IMG/VR virus record: IMGVR_UViG_3300033463_004353
Coordinates: 10,167-74,166 of that record
Strand: one strand, 5' to 3'
From: a virus
Lineage: Duplodnaviria; Caudoviricetes
DNA length: 64,000 nucleotides
The translations under genes and the position numbers were made by a program. Of the stretch, positions 29,896-40,000 are shown piece by piece; the stretch's first letter is position 1; every line of letters starts with the position of its first letter. The notes under the pieces are model-generated. The model saw only the letters and a program-made list of their open reading frames with translations. It was not told the origin of the DNA and searched no databases.

Positions 29896-30525
29896 TCAAT
29901 TGGCAATCCACACTTTGTCAATCTTCTTTTCACCGCTATCCCAACTGTCCCAGTACTCTCCATCAATCACAGCTGTCAAGTGCCCAGGTGTGTGGACAAG
30001 GTATCTGCCATATGGGTGAGTGATGGCAAACTCACTGATAGTCACCCTCTCACTAGCTTTCACTTTCTTGTATTCCTGATCAAGCTCACAATGGAACCCT
30101 TCAGTCAAGATCTTGCTCACTGCTGGTCCTGAGTCTAATATGTACCCATTGCCTTTGGCAATATTAGTTGCCAAGTCATAAGCAGTATCCCAAGATATGT
30201 TGAATGCAGCTGAATAAGCTCTGATAGTGCAGTCTGTAGTGTTCTTTTTCAATGGGTTAGGGTTGAATTTGTGCCAATTGCCTATAGTGTCATCAGTCTT
30301 GATTGCAATGAGGCCTCTTTCATTAATCCACTGCATAGTATCGCTGACAGACTGCTTGAAGTCAATTGGTGTGGTCTTGTCACGAAAATACATTGTGATC
30401 TTCCCATCTCTTATAGACAATGTGCAATGATTCTCAAGTGTGCTACTGTCAGCTAGTGGTATGAGCCTGTCTCTTGACAAGTCAAATGCCGAGCTTATGT
30501 ACAGCAAGTCTTCTCTCATTTCCAT
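29896..30525 (-). CDS. Papain-like (C39-related) fold protein, paralog of 22912 gene
   Basis: DCTIRAYSAAFNISWDTAY and TPGHLTAVIDGEYWDSWDS. Confidence 0.55.
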   Translation of the reverse strand: MEMREDLLYISSAFDLSRDRLIPLADSSTLENHCTLSIRDGKITMYFRDKTTPIDFKQSVSDTMQWINERGLIAIKTDDTIGNWHKFNPNPLKKNTTDCTIRAYSAAFNISWDTAYDLATNIAKGNGYILDSGPAVSKILTEGFHCELDQEYKKVKASERVTISEFAITHPYGRYLVHTPGHLTAVIDGEYWDSWDSGEKKIDKVWIAN

Positions 30526-30552
30526 ATGTTGTTAGTTTTTTTGCTATTTTCA

Positions 30553-31485
30553 TTATTGTCCACCATGCCCTAGTGTCTGTATCTTCACTGGCATGCCATG
30601 ACGCTTGAACTCTGTCTGCATGTGCCTCTTTATGACCAACCCAACGGTAGCTTCACCATACTTGTCATTCAGCTCTCCCATCTTAGCTTTTGACAAGATG
30701 ACTTCTGGCTTGTTTGGCTCTGTCTCCCAAAGCTTGTGCCATGGCTTTATGCATGAGATGTACTCTTCAAGTATGACATCAACTGCTTGGTATGTTGAGT
30801 ATGGAGCAATCTGCATCATGTCACCACCATCAGACACACCATTGCCATCCGTTGGAGTGATTGCAATAGCATTTTCTAGTGCATTCTGCTCATATCCATT
30901 GATCTTGCTTTCTAGCAAGCTCTCATACCACAGCTTCACTTCTCTAGCAAGATTATACACTTCATGCTTCCACAAGCTTGACAATGGAGCTAAGTCACCA
31001 ACATCACCATGCAGAGTCCAAAATCCAAGCATGTTCTCTGACATGTTGCTAGTGTCCATCACAATGCCATTCCTAACACATGCGAGGTTGTACAAGTAGA
31101 TCATCCTAAGCCTTGCCTTGATGTTCCCTTGTGACACCATTGTAGACTCTGCATGCAACTCACAGGTTGACTTCATCAGCATGTATTCCTTTTGGAGGCT
31201 CTCTATCCACCACTCATCACAGAATGCATTCATTGCCAGCCAAGCTGAGTGGTTCTCTTCATCGGTGTTTGAGTCACAAGGCAAGCTGACACCAACCAGC
31301 TTGAATCCATGGCTAGGATTGTCCATCACAACACGCTTGCAGATAGCTGCAACAACCGTAGAGTCTATGCCGCCACTCATGCCAACTACCATAGTCTTCA
31401 AGTTGTAGTGGGCTAAGTAGTCTGCAACTAGACTGCAAATCTTGTCAAATGCATCCTTGTAGTAAATGTCTCTTCCCATCTTCAA
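30553..31485 (-). CDS. nadE: NH3-dependent NAD+ synthetase
   Basis: VVGMSGGIDS, GNIKARLRM, TSNMSE, GFWTLHGD, LAPLSSLWKHEV. Confidence 0.9.
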   Translation of the reverse strand: MKMGRDIYYKDAFDKICSLVADYLAHYNLKTMVVGMSGGIDSTVVAAICKRVVMDNPSHGFKLVGVSLPCDSNTDEENHSAWLAMNAFCDEWWIESLQKEYMLMKSTCELHAESTMVSQGNIKARLRMIYLYNLACVRNGIVMDTSNMSENMLGFWTLHGDVGDLAPLSSLWKHEVYNLAREVKLWYESLLESKINGYEQNALENAIAITPTDGNGVSDGGDMMQIAPYSTYQAVDVILEEYISCIKPWHKLWETEPNKPEVILSKAKMGELNDKYGEATVGLVIKRHMQTEFKRHGMPVKIQTLGHGGQ

Positions 31486-31564
31486 TGTCTTGTTTGATAC
31501 ACTAGAGAGATAATAGAAACACTATTCATAGATTTCAATGACATCTGACAAGTATTTGCCACTC

Positions 31565-31816
31565 TCAGGCATTTTTCACTTTAGTGAATGCCAATTCTTC
31601 AGAGTCTATCTCATCAACCCATCTAGTGAAGTTAGATGCTACAAAGTTGATGAACTCTGGTGAGTTCCCTCTTGACTTGAATCTCTCAATGTATTCATCT
31701 CTAGCTATTGCATCACGAACTTCTTTGTGTGTTGACACCATGACTACATCTGAATGCTTTGCTGCTTCTCTTATAGATTCTATGTATGAGTCTGGGGTGT
31801 CACTACCAAATATCAC
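31565..31816 (-). pseudogene. Degenerate fragment of a phage P-loop kinase-like protein
   Basis: Retains YIESI...DVVMVSTHKEVRDA and EYIERFKSRGNS...WVDEI blocks; lacks the N-terminal P-loop and the linker I recall between these blocks; GTG start with in-frame TAG shortly upstream. Confidence 0.4.
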
Positions 31817-31865
31817 TTTGCCATCATGATATTCAATATGCTATATTGTTTTCTGCCTCTATGCA

Positions 31866-32309
31866 TCACCATGTAGAGTAATCTGATATATCTGCTTCTT
31901 CAAGATCGTTCATCTTCATCACTATTCTGTTGCCAATCCCAGTAGGTGAGAAGCTGACAACAAGCTTCTCAAGTTGGGTTGTGTCAAGCCACTTTGCAAG
32001 CAATTGCCTCATAGTGCAAAGCTCATCCATTGACATCATGAAGTCTAGCTTGTGCTTTTGCGGTGTGTCACTTCTAGCTAGCTTGATTGTCTTGCCAACT
32101 CTGTCGCATGTCACCATCTTGCTGACACTCAAGTCATTTGACACCACTAATGAGATGGTGAATGGTGACTTGCTCATCTTGTTCTCTTCAATGAACTTCT
32201 CATACTCAGAGAATTCTATCTCATCTAGCCATGAATTACCTGCTACAATGCTAGATATCTCCATCATCTTATTGCTTGTTGTCTCTGCCATCTTGATATC
32301 ATTGTTCAT
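31866..32309 (-). CDS. Hypothetical protein
   Basis: ORF track; overlaps the stop of the primase-helicase. Confidence 0.65.
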   Translation of the reverse strand: MNNDIKMAETTSNKMMEISSIVAGNSWLDEIEFSEYEKFIEENKMSKSPFTISLVVSNDLSVSKMVTCDRVGKTIKLARSDTPQKHKLDFMMSMDELCTMRQLLAKWLDTTQLEKLVVSFSPTGIGNRIVMKMNDLEEADISDYSTW

Positions 32310-35300
32310 TTAGTGTCTTGTGATCCAAACATGTCTTCCATCATGCTCTTACTAGGCGCTTTGTCAGTGCTATCATCCATCTGTGCAAATAGGTCATCTC
32401 TGAGTGCATTAGTGTTCTTCTGCTTCAACAAGAAGCGGTCATTAGACATGTCTCTCTTAGAGTAGTCAAAGTAGTCAAACTGAGAGTGCACTATTGATGG
32501 TATCTCATCTATGATGTCTCTCAAGTGTATCTTGCTTGCTCTATCAAACTCTTGCACTTGCTCTTCATCTTTGGCATTTGCATCACTAGCATCATCTTCT
32601 TTCACTTCACCTATCAATTGCTCTAAGAAGAATGTCTGTGTGTTCATGTCACCATATGCATCACTAAGCTGCTGCTTCGTCTTCCATATCAGCTCAAATG
32701 GTGCTATGTCAACCACAGAGTTAGATGGCCTAGAATGTATCACTATCACTGACCAGTACTCTTTTACTATCTCAAACATCTCTTCAAGGTATGCCCTGTC
32801 TTCTACCACAAGGTCGCTTATAGAGTTTATCCACTTGCATGTCCACTCAGCCAAGAATCTGTCAATGTCATGCTGTGTAGTCTTTGGGTGCTCTCTAGCC
32901 CATTTCTGGAAGTCAACTACCATCCTCATCACCGGCATGTCTAAGCGCTTCTTCCTACGGTTAGCATCTATCTTGACGAATGTGTTCACTCGCTTGAGCT
33001 TTGCAAAGTTAAGCCTGTTGCTTCGCTTGTCAATGCAATACTCATATATGTCTCGTATTGTGTCACAGTCATAGTTCTTGTATAGAGACAGCACTATTGG
33101 TGTGTGCTTCTCTAGTATCTCAATGTCTTCAACATACAACCCATTCTCTTCACGTATGTGTACACTGTTCTCATCTTTGTCTTTGAATATAGAGTAGTTG
33201 CCTCGCAACAGCTCACGATACTGGTCTATGTTGCCATCATTGACATGGTTCAAGAACATCCTCACCTTTGCCGTGTCATTGTTGAACTTTATGCTACGGC
33301 ATGATTTCATGAACTCCTCAGTGTCATCTCTCACTTTCTCAGTCACTCTCTGGTCACTGTACTTCATCTTCACATCATATCCATAGTATATGAGGCCTTG
33401 CTTCATCACCTCAAGCTGCTTAGAGTAGTCTGAGTACCTCTCTTCAAACACCTTGAGCTTGTATGTAGTCTCATCTATATAGTACTTGCAGTCATTCTCA
33501 TCATACTTCAGCCATTTCTCTGTGTTGAGGATTGAGCTTATCAATGGGTTGTACTTTGACTCTTCATTGTTCCTCTCAAGCATGTCATTAGCAGTCTTAG
33601 CCAAGTCACGAGCAAACATCAAATCTTCTTGGTTGAATGACAAGTCTAGTGGCTTCACATACTTGTAGTCAATAGGCATTCCAGAAGAGTCTGTTGCAGG
33701 AAGCCATATCCTTATGTAGAGGTCATTGTTCCTCAAGCGATTTGCAAACTGCTCAATGTCTTGTGGTATGAGTGTCTTTGAGAAGTGCACTGTGAAAGGC
33801 AAGTTGTCACATATGTCCACACCAACAGACAAGTATGTTGAGCAGAATATGATGTCATTGTCACCAACTGTCTTGTTTGTGTTTATGTCTTCCATTGAGT
33901 CTTCACCATACTTAGACTTCTTGTAGTAGAATGTCTTCAGCTCATGCACATAGTGCCTCTCATCAAGTATCTTCTGTATTATGCCACGTATCTGCTCATA
34001 GTATAGCATGCCCTTGTTAGTTGGGAAGAGTATCTTCACACCGTGCATCACATCATCAGCCATTGACTTGCACATCTCTAGTATCTGCTCAGTCTCTGTT
34101 GGCACAATGTTTATGATGCATTCCTTTACACGAAGGTCTTCTTTCTCAACTTTTATGTACTTTATGTTAGGGAAGAACAGCATCTCACCGGTTGGTGTGC
34201 CAGTCATCATCAGCACCTTTGCCTTGCAGTTAGCCAATCGCTGTATGCATGGTCCCATAACATCACGATAAGAGCTTGTGAACAAGAGATGTGACTCATC
34301 TATCACAATGTACTCAAACTGTGCCATGTCAAGCTCATATACATTGAGCCTAGAGAACTTGTCTATTGTCATTGACATGCTCTTGCTTCCTAGTATGTCT
34401 TGCAGCATTGGGCGCTTGTTCCCATAGAAGTACATCCAGTCTTTAGTGACTTGTGAAACTTCAACTTTAGCACGTATTGTAGATGTGAATGGCAATATGA
34501 GCAATGTCTTTGCTTTCAATGACTTTATCATCTCAGTCTTGCCATATCCAGCACCGGCTTCAAGCAATGTTATGTGAGACAAGTTATTTATGATGTCATC
34601 CTTTATGTCACTCAAGTACTGGTCCTTCTTTATCTTCAGCACTACTTTGTCAAGGTTGCTGTTGAGTATCTTTATTGGGTCAACCTTCACAGATGAGCTG
34701 TTCATCTCTTCAGCAGCTCGCTGTATAGTCTTGTCAACTTCTTCATCCTTTATCTTTATGCTGAATCCGTGTTGTGAGTTGAGCTCTTTTATAGCCCATA
34801 TTGACACAGGCTTGTCATGTATCTTTGCCGTCTTGATGTCACCACGCAACTCTTTCAGTGGCGTGTCTTTGCAGATAGATGACAATATACGAAATGCTTC
34901 TTGCTCACCAAACAGTGATGTCAAAGTGTTAGCTAGTTGCCATCGTTGTGCATGCTTGTAGTGCTTGCTGCCATGAGAGATTGATGGATCAAAGCTTGAT
35001 GCTTCAATTGACTCTACTTTTATGTTCTGTGTCTTGTCAAAGTCATCATTCATGAACCAATCTAGCTTTGAGAACACAGCTTTCAAGTCTTGGTGTGATA
35101 TCCAATCAACAGATTCAACACCATTGTCAAATGCAGACTCAAAGTTCACATCAAGCCTCAAGTCTTGGAAGTCAGTTGACATCATTGCATCATCACTTGA
35201 TATGAATATGCCCTGTTGTGGCTTAGCCATAGCCATGTCCATGTAGCTTATGATGTTGTCTTTAGTGTATCCTATCTTATCACAATTCTTGAGCAGCACC

Positions 35301-35950
35301 ATGTACACATAAGAGTACTTGTGTCGGAAGTTGCACAAGAACTCTGTCCTCTTGTCTTTAGGGTCAAATGATATTGGGGTTATCTTAGTCCAGACATGCA
35401 ATGACTTCTTAGAAGCAGACTTGCATATGCCTAAGAACCAGTGGAACTTAGACAAGTCATTGAACAGCTCAACTTTCAACAATGATGATATCCTCTCATC
35501 CTTTATGTCAAGGTCAATTATCTGCAACCCATTCCACATCTGCCAAGCTATGTTGCCTATAGGGCGTGACATTGATGAAGTTGAGAACACAACTTTACGA
35601 TTGCCTTTCTCAACTCTTGCATAGTCTGCATCATACACTAAGTTGTATATGTCTCTCCAGTTCCATACTTCACCAACTTTGTCATACACTGAGTTAGTGA
35701 CTAAGCACTCTATCATCTGCAACTGATCATTGAAGAATCTCTCTTTCTCTTCTTCAGTGCACTCATTGTATGTCTTGCTAGAATACTTCCCAAACTCAAC
35801 GTTGTCACTTGCCTCAATGTATCCTTTAGATATGCAGCTGAAAGACTCAAGTATCTCACTCAAGTTCTGCTTTCCTGCATTCTTGTATATAGAGTTTATC
35901 TGTTTTAGCTTCTTTGATAGGTCAACAGAATCATTACTCACACTCATCAA
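32306..35950 (-). CDS. Primase-helicase-like fusion (VirE-N/BT4734-like AEP domain + SF2 origin-binding-type helicase)
   Basis: IIDLDIKD and SASKKSLHVW (AEP-like); EAGAGYGKT, IDESH, MTGTP, STYLSVGVDI, QFANRLRN (SF2). Confidence 0.72.
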   Translation of the reverse strand: MMSVSNDSVDLSKKLKQINSIYKNAGKQNLSEILESFSCISKGYIEASDNVEFGKYSSKTYNECTEEEKERFFNDQLQMIECLVTNSVYDKVGEVWNWRDIYNLVYDADYARVEKGNRKVVFSTSSMSRPIGNIAWQMWNGLQIIDLDIKDERISSLLKVELFNDLSKFHWFLGICKSASKKSLHVWTKITPISFDPKDKRTEFLCNFRHKYSYVYMVLLKNCDKIGYTKDNIISYMDMAMAKPQQGIFISSDDAMMSTDFQDLRLDVNFESAFDNGVESVDWISHQDLKAVFSKLDWFMNDDFDKTQNIKVESIEASSFDPSISHGSKHYKHAQRWQLANTLTSLFGEQEAFRILSSICKDTPLKELRGDIKTAKIHDKPVSIWAIKELNSQHGFSIKIKDEEVDKTIQRAAEEMNSSSVKVDPIKILNSNLDKVVLKIKKDQYLSDIKDDIINNLSHITLLEAGAGYGKTEMIKSLKAKTLLILPFTSTIRAKVEVSQVTKDWMYFYGNKRPMLQDILGSKSMSMTIDKFSRLNVYELDMAQFEYIVIDESHLLFTSSYRDVMGPCIQRLANCKAKVLMMTGTPTGEMLFFPNIKYIKVEKEDLRVKECIINIVPTETEQILEMCKSMADDVMHGVKILFPTNKGMLYYEQIRGIIQKILDERHYVHELKTFYYKKSKYGEDSMEDINTNKTVGDNDIIFCSTYLSVGVDICDNLPFTVHFSKTLIPQDIEQFANRLRNNDLYIRIWLPATDSSGMPIDYKYVKPLDLSFNQEDLMFARDLAKTANDMLERNNEESKYNPLISSILNTEKWLKYDENDCKYYIDETTYKLKVFEERYSDYSKQLEVMKQGLIYYGYDVKMKYSDQRVTEKVRDDTEEFMKSCRSIKFNNDTAKVRMFLNHVNDGNIDQYRELLRGNYSIFKDKDENSVHIREENGLYVEDIEILEKHTPIVLSLYKNYDCDTIRDIYEYCIDKRSNRLNFAKLKRVNTFVKIDANRRKKRLDMPVMRMVVDFQKWAREHPKTTQHDIDRFLAEWTCKWINSISDLVVEDRAYLEEMFEIVKEYWSVIVIHSRPSNSVVDIAPFELIWKTKQQLSDAYGDMNTQTFFLEQLIGEVKEDDASDANAKDEEQVQEFDRASKIHLRDIIDEIPSIVHSQFDYFDYSKRDMSNDRFLLKQKNTNALRDDLFAQMDDSTDKAPSKSMMEDMFGSQDTK

Positions 35951-36072
35951 TGTTCATCAAGAGATGTTTTTGTAGCCAAAGCTACTACTTTTAAGAAAAA
36001 TAGCAAATGGCACAATCATGTTTAACAAAGTTTGAAGCATTCAATGAAATATATCCATATGTACTGCAAAGG

Positions 36073-36082
36073 TTATTTTTAA
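36073..36082 (+). promoter_or_regulatory. Representative copy of putative late-promoter motif TTATT(T/A)TTAA
   Basis: Same motif upstream of genes starting at 1679, 8925, 14592, 18825, 21120, 36104, 41810, 42967, 45503, 60885. Confidence 0.55.
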
Positions 36083-36103
36083 TAAATCTACAAGCAGAAT
36101 GTC

Positions 36104-37003
36104 ATGTCAAACTGTCAGACAACTAACAATATAGCAAACAGCATAGCAAACAGCATAAAGATAAAGACAACAAATGATGAAGGTGTCCAGCAGACATCAA
36201 TGGAAGAGTGGATAAAGATGAAGCAACAGCAAGAAGACAAAGTCGACTATGCATTCATCCAAAGAATCATCCAAGAGCTGACACAGTCATGTGCATTGCC
36301 ACTCCCTATACCTGCTGCTAGCATCCCTCCATTGATCATACAAGCAGCACAATGGTTCTGGCAGAACTGTGACTTCTCTGTTGAGGAGAGATACTTTGTC
36401 ATCAAGAACAAAGACATCTGCAGGAAATGCAACAACTCTATAGTCAAGCTGCCACCACAGATAGTCAGTGTGTTTGGTGTCTACAAGATAAACTCAACTT
36501 ACTACTATGGGCAAGTTGGTGACTTCACACTAGAGAGGATGATAGTCAACAACACTATCCTTGCTTCTGGTGCTGGTGGAATTGTATCAGACACATTTGG
36601 GACTGGTGCTGGATACAACTTGACAGACATGATGGGAGCATTGTATGAGATACAGACATTCAAGGCGATGTTTGACTTCCCAATGACATACAACTACAAT
36701 GAGTTCTCTAATGACTTAGTGTTGCTTGGACAATTAGGGAATTCAGACTTAGTCCTGCAGACATTTGTGCGCTGTAAGATACAGGACTTGTACAAGAACT
36801 ACTACTTCTTCAGGTTCTGTGTGTGTCTTGGCTTGAGGAGCATGTCAACAATAATGGGAGCATTTGAGTTCAACTTGCCTGGTGGCACTAAAGTGAACTA
36901 CTCTGTTTTCCGTGAGCAAGCTGATGAAGAGATGCAAAAGATAGAAGAATGGGTGATAAAGAATCATGCATCAGACTATTTCTTCAACACAAACACTATA
37001 TGA
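36104..37003 (+). CDS. gp13: Neck/head-completion protein, T4 gp13-like
   Basis: C-terminal LPGGTKVNYSVFREQADEEMQKIEE resembles gp13 LPGGV...EE; TTATTTTTAA at 36073-36082. Confidence 0.7.
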   Translation: MSNCQTTNNIANSIANSIKIKTTNDEGVQQTSMEEWIKMKQQQEDKVDYAFIQRIIQELTQSCALPLPIPAASIPPLIIQAAQWFWQNCDFSVEERYFVIKNKDICRKCNNSIVKLPPQIVSVFGVYKINSTYYYGQVGDFTLERMIVNNTILASGAGGIVSDTFGTGAGYNLTDMMGALYEIQTFKAMFDFPMTYNYNEFSNDLVLLGQLGNSDLVLQTFVRCKIQDLYKNYYFFRFCVCLGLRSMSTIMGAFEFNLPGGTKVNYSVFREQADEEMQKIEEWVIKNHASDYFFNTNTI

Positions 37004-37007
37004 CAAA

Positions 37008-37027
37008 GAGGAGCCAATTGGCTCCTC
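37008..37027. terminator. Bidirectional terminator
   Basis: GAGGAGCC-AATT-GGCTCCTC between convergent genes. Confidence 0.75.
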
Positions 37028-37055
37028 TCTTCTTCTATTGCCTTCTCTTGTGCAT

Positions 37056-40000
37056 TTAGAATTGAGTATGGAAGTCATAAATACGACCACTATATAGTGA
37101 CATTCTGTTTACTGGATCTGCTTTATATGATCTAGCATAGCCTGGCTCAACATATATCCTTGATGGAATTACTGAAAACCAGATAGGTTGTATAGCTGAG
37201 TTGTCATTTATTCCATATGGTGGTGTCTCTGATCTCATGAATACATACTTCAAATTCACTCCATATCTTCTACTAGAGCTAAATTGGTTTGCAAAAGCAC
37301 TTACATGTATGCGCTTCAAGTTAGTTCCAAAGACTATAGTGTTCAAGTCTGTCATGTCTCCAAATGCTTGGATCCCTATATATTCAATGTTGTTGCTGAT
37401 TTCAATGAATGCCAAGTTCTTTATTGAATAGAATGCATAGTCTCCTATCTCATTTATGCTATCTGGGAAGAATGATGTCTGGCTACCATACAATAGTGTT
37501 CCTGCACCATATCCACTGTTCTTCGCACCACCACTATACCCAATTGTATGCTCTTTGCCAGGATCATCATTTGTCAACACTATAGATCCACAATTCTCTC
37601 TTGAGTCAAACACTGGGTTATCTGGATGGACTTTGAATGACTTTATGCATGAAGAGCCATTTGTTGGATAGTTTAATGTTGTCCCTTCAAACCCAATCAG
37701 CTTGTCATTTATCCTTGTTATTGTATGTGATATCCTAACTTCACAACCTGGATTGGATATCCTACCAGCACCATATATCCCAGCTAATGCTCCTTGTGCT
37801 AATTCTTCAACATCTGTGCCAAACTCTATGTATATTGTGTTTGCTAGGTTAGTGGTACCACCAACACCATTCTTTATTTGTACATTAGTGACAGTACCGC
37901 TCAATTCTAGCTCTACTTCTACAACTTCATTAGATTGGTTGATGTACCTCATTGTAGTAGTTGCTTTCTCTTCCCAAGTGTAGACTTCTTCTGCTTGCTT
38001 GGTGACTTCAACAAAATACCCATCATTATAGCTTTCTACATTTTTGTGTGGGTACTCTATCATCACATTCTCTTTGTTGACTCTATATTGTGCAACAGAC
38101 TTGTATTGGTGATCTGCTAGTCCATTTATAGAGTAGTTGAGCATTATGTCATAGTATCCTGGATAGTGTGTGCCATCAGCCTTCTCTGTTGGAACAACCA
38201 TCGTCTGTTGGTTTGACTTCTCTTTCCAACTCTTTGACTCAGTCTTCTTCACCATCCACTTGCTAGTCAAGTCAATGTTGAATCTATAGTCATTGTTGTT
38301 GACAGAAGCTATTATGAGGTCATCTTGGTTGAAGTGGTTGTTCCCATTAGACATAACTATATCCATCCTATTCACTAAGAACTTGTCTATTGAGTATCCA
38401 GTGTATTTCATTGAGTAGTTTTGGTATGAATACTCTATCTTGTGCATGTCTAGCAATGATTTGTCATTGTACATGCCTATAGGATACTTTGATATGAGGA
38501 CTATATACCAATATGGTTTTATAGGATCTCCATTTTGGTCAACATTCCCATCTTTGTCATGCATCAAGTAAGCATCATACTCAACTTTCTCATCTATCTT
38601 GAAGACAAAATCATAGCCAGCCATCTTGTTGAACAGTGCATAGTACAAGTTGAAGAAAGCAGTATCACTAGAATATGGTATCTCTTGACTAGATCTCTTG
38701 CTTGGATATGTGTCTGTCTTGTATAGCTTGAACAAGTGTATCCTGTTGTAGTATGACTTGTTCTGTGGTATTGATATGCTTCCTCTGTAGTACTTAGAGT
38801 AGAACTGCATCATGTTGTACTCTATAGCATTTGAGTTGCCTATCTCAGCCATCTTGTCAATGAATGTCATCACTTTCTCATTCTCTGTAGTGTCATCATA
38901 AAAAAGTGCATCTATTGTCACTAAGTCCGGTTGGTACATGAAAGAGTTGAAATAGACCTTGTTCTTATCAATTGACTTGATTTGGCTGAACTTTGTCAAT
39001 CCAGTAGTTATGTTGTATCTGTATTGCAACTTGCCTAAGTCAATGTACAAGTTTGGTATTGTGACGTTGAAGTCATAGGTGAACCAATTGCCATTCACAC
39101 CAACTATAACCCTGAAGTCTGTCTTCAACCAATCTATGTCCTTTGGCAAGCCAAGGAGCCTTGGTATCAGCAATATGCCTTTGTACTCATTGTCGGGTGT
39201 CTGGTAGAATGTGAACTTGTTGTCAACTATCAATTCACCTGTACGTATTGTATATCTGTCCTTTGGCAATGACAACACATTGTAGTTCTTGACATTGTAT
39301 TTAGTTTTTCCACCTTCTATGCAGACATAGTTCCCTAATCTGCGATCTTCTGGTGTGTAGTACCATGATCCATTGTAGTGTGTCCAGTCACCATTAGGGT
39401 CTTGTGTCTTCATCACATATGTCAGCATCACTACAACTTTGTACAGTGCTGATGACACTTTTGCATATCTGTCTTGTTGTAACTCTACAATGCCAACACT
39501 AGGAAGCATGTAGTGTGTAGCTTCTTCTGTAGTTGTCTTCACATATTCATCATTGCCATCTTCTTGGACAATCTTGTAGAATGATGATATGCTGGTCATG
39601 TTGCCATTCTCGCCTATGATCCAATCACCAACATCACTCTTTGAGAACTGGCTGTTGATGTTGTATATCTTGATAGGTATCTCTATGCAGTTCTCATTCA
39701 CATAGTACAAGTCTTCATTTTCATATTCTTCATTATAGTTCTTGAAGACATTGAATTTAGAGTCTATCAGAGTTGTTGACTTCTTGTATAGCAAAGTGCT
39801 TTCACTTGGGAATTCAACCATAACATCATTGTCGAACAATGACACATATCTAGCAGATATGCTCTGAGATGCATGGCATTGCAGCTTCATGTCATTAGCA
39901 TACACTTTCCACTCAACTGATGCTCTTGATATCTTCATATGGACTGGCAAGAAGTACTTCTCATAGTAGTGTCTCATGCAGTCTAGCTTCAGTGCAAGCT

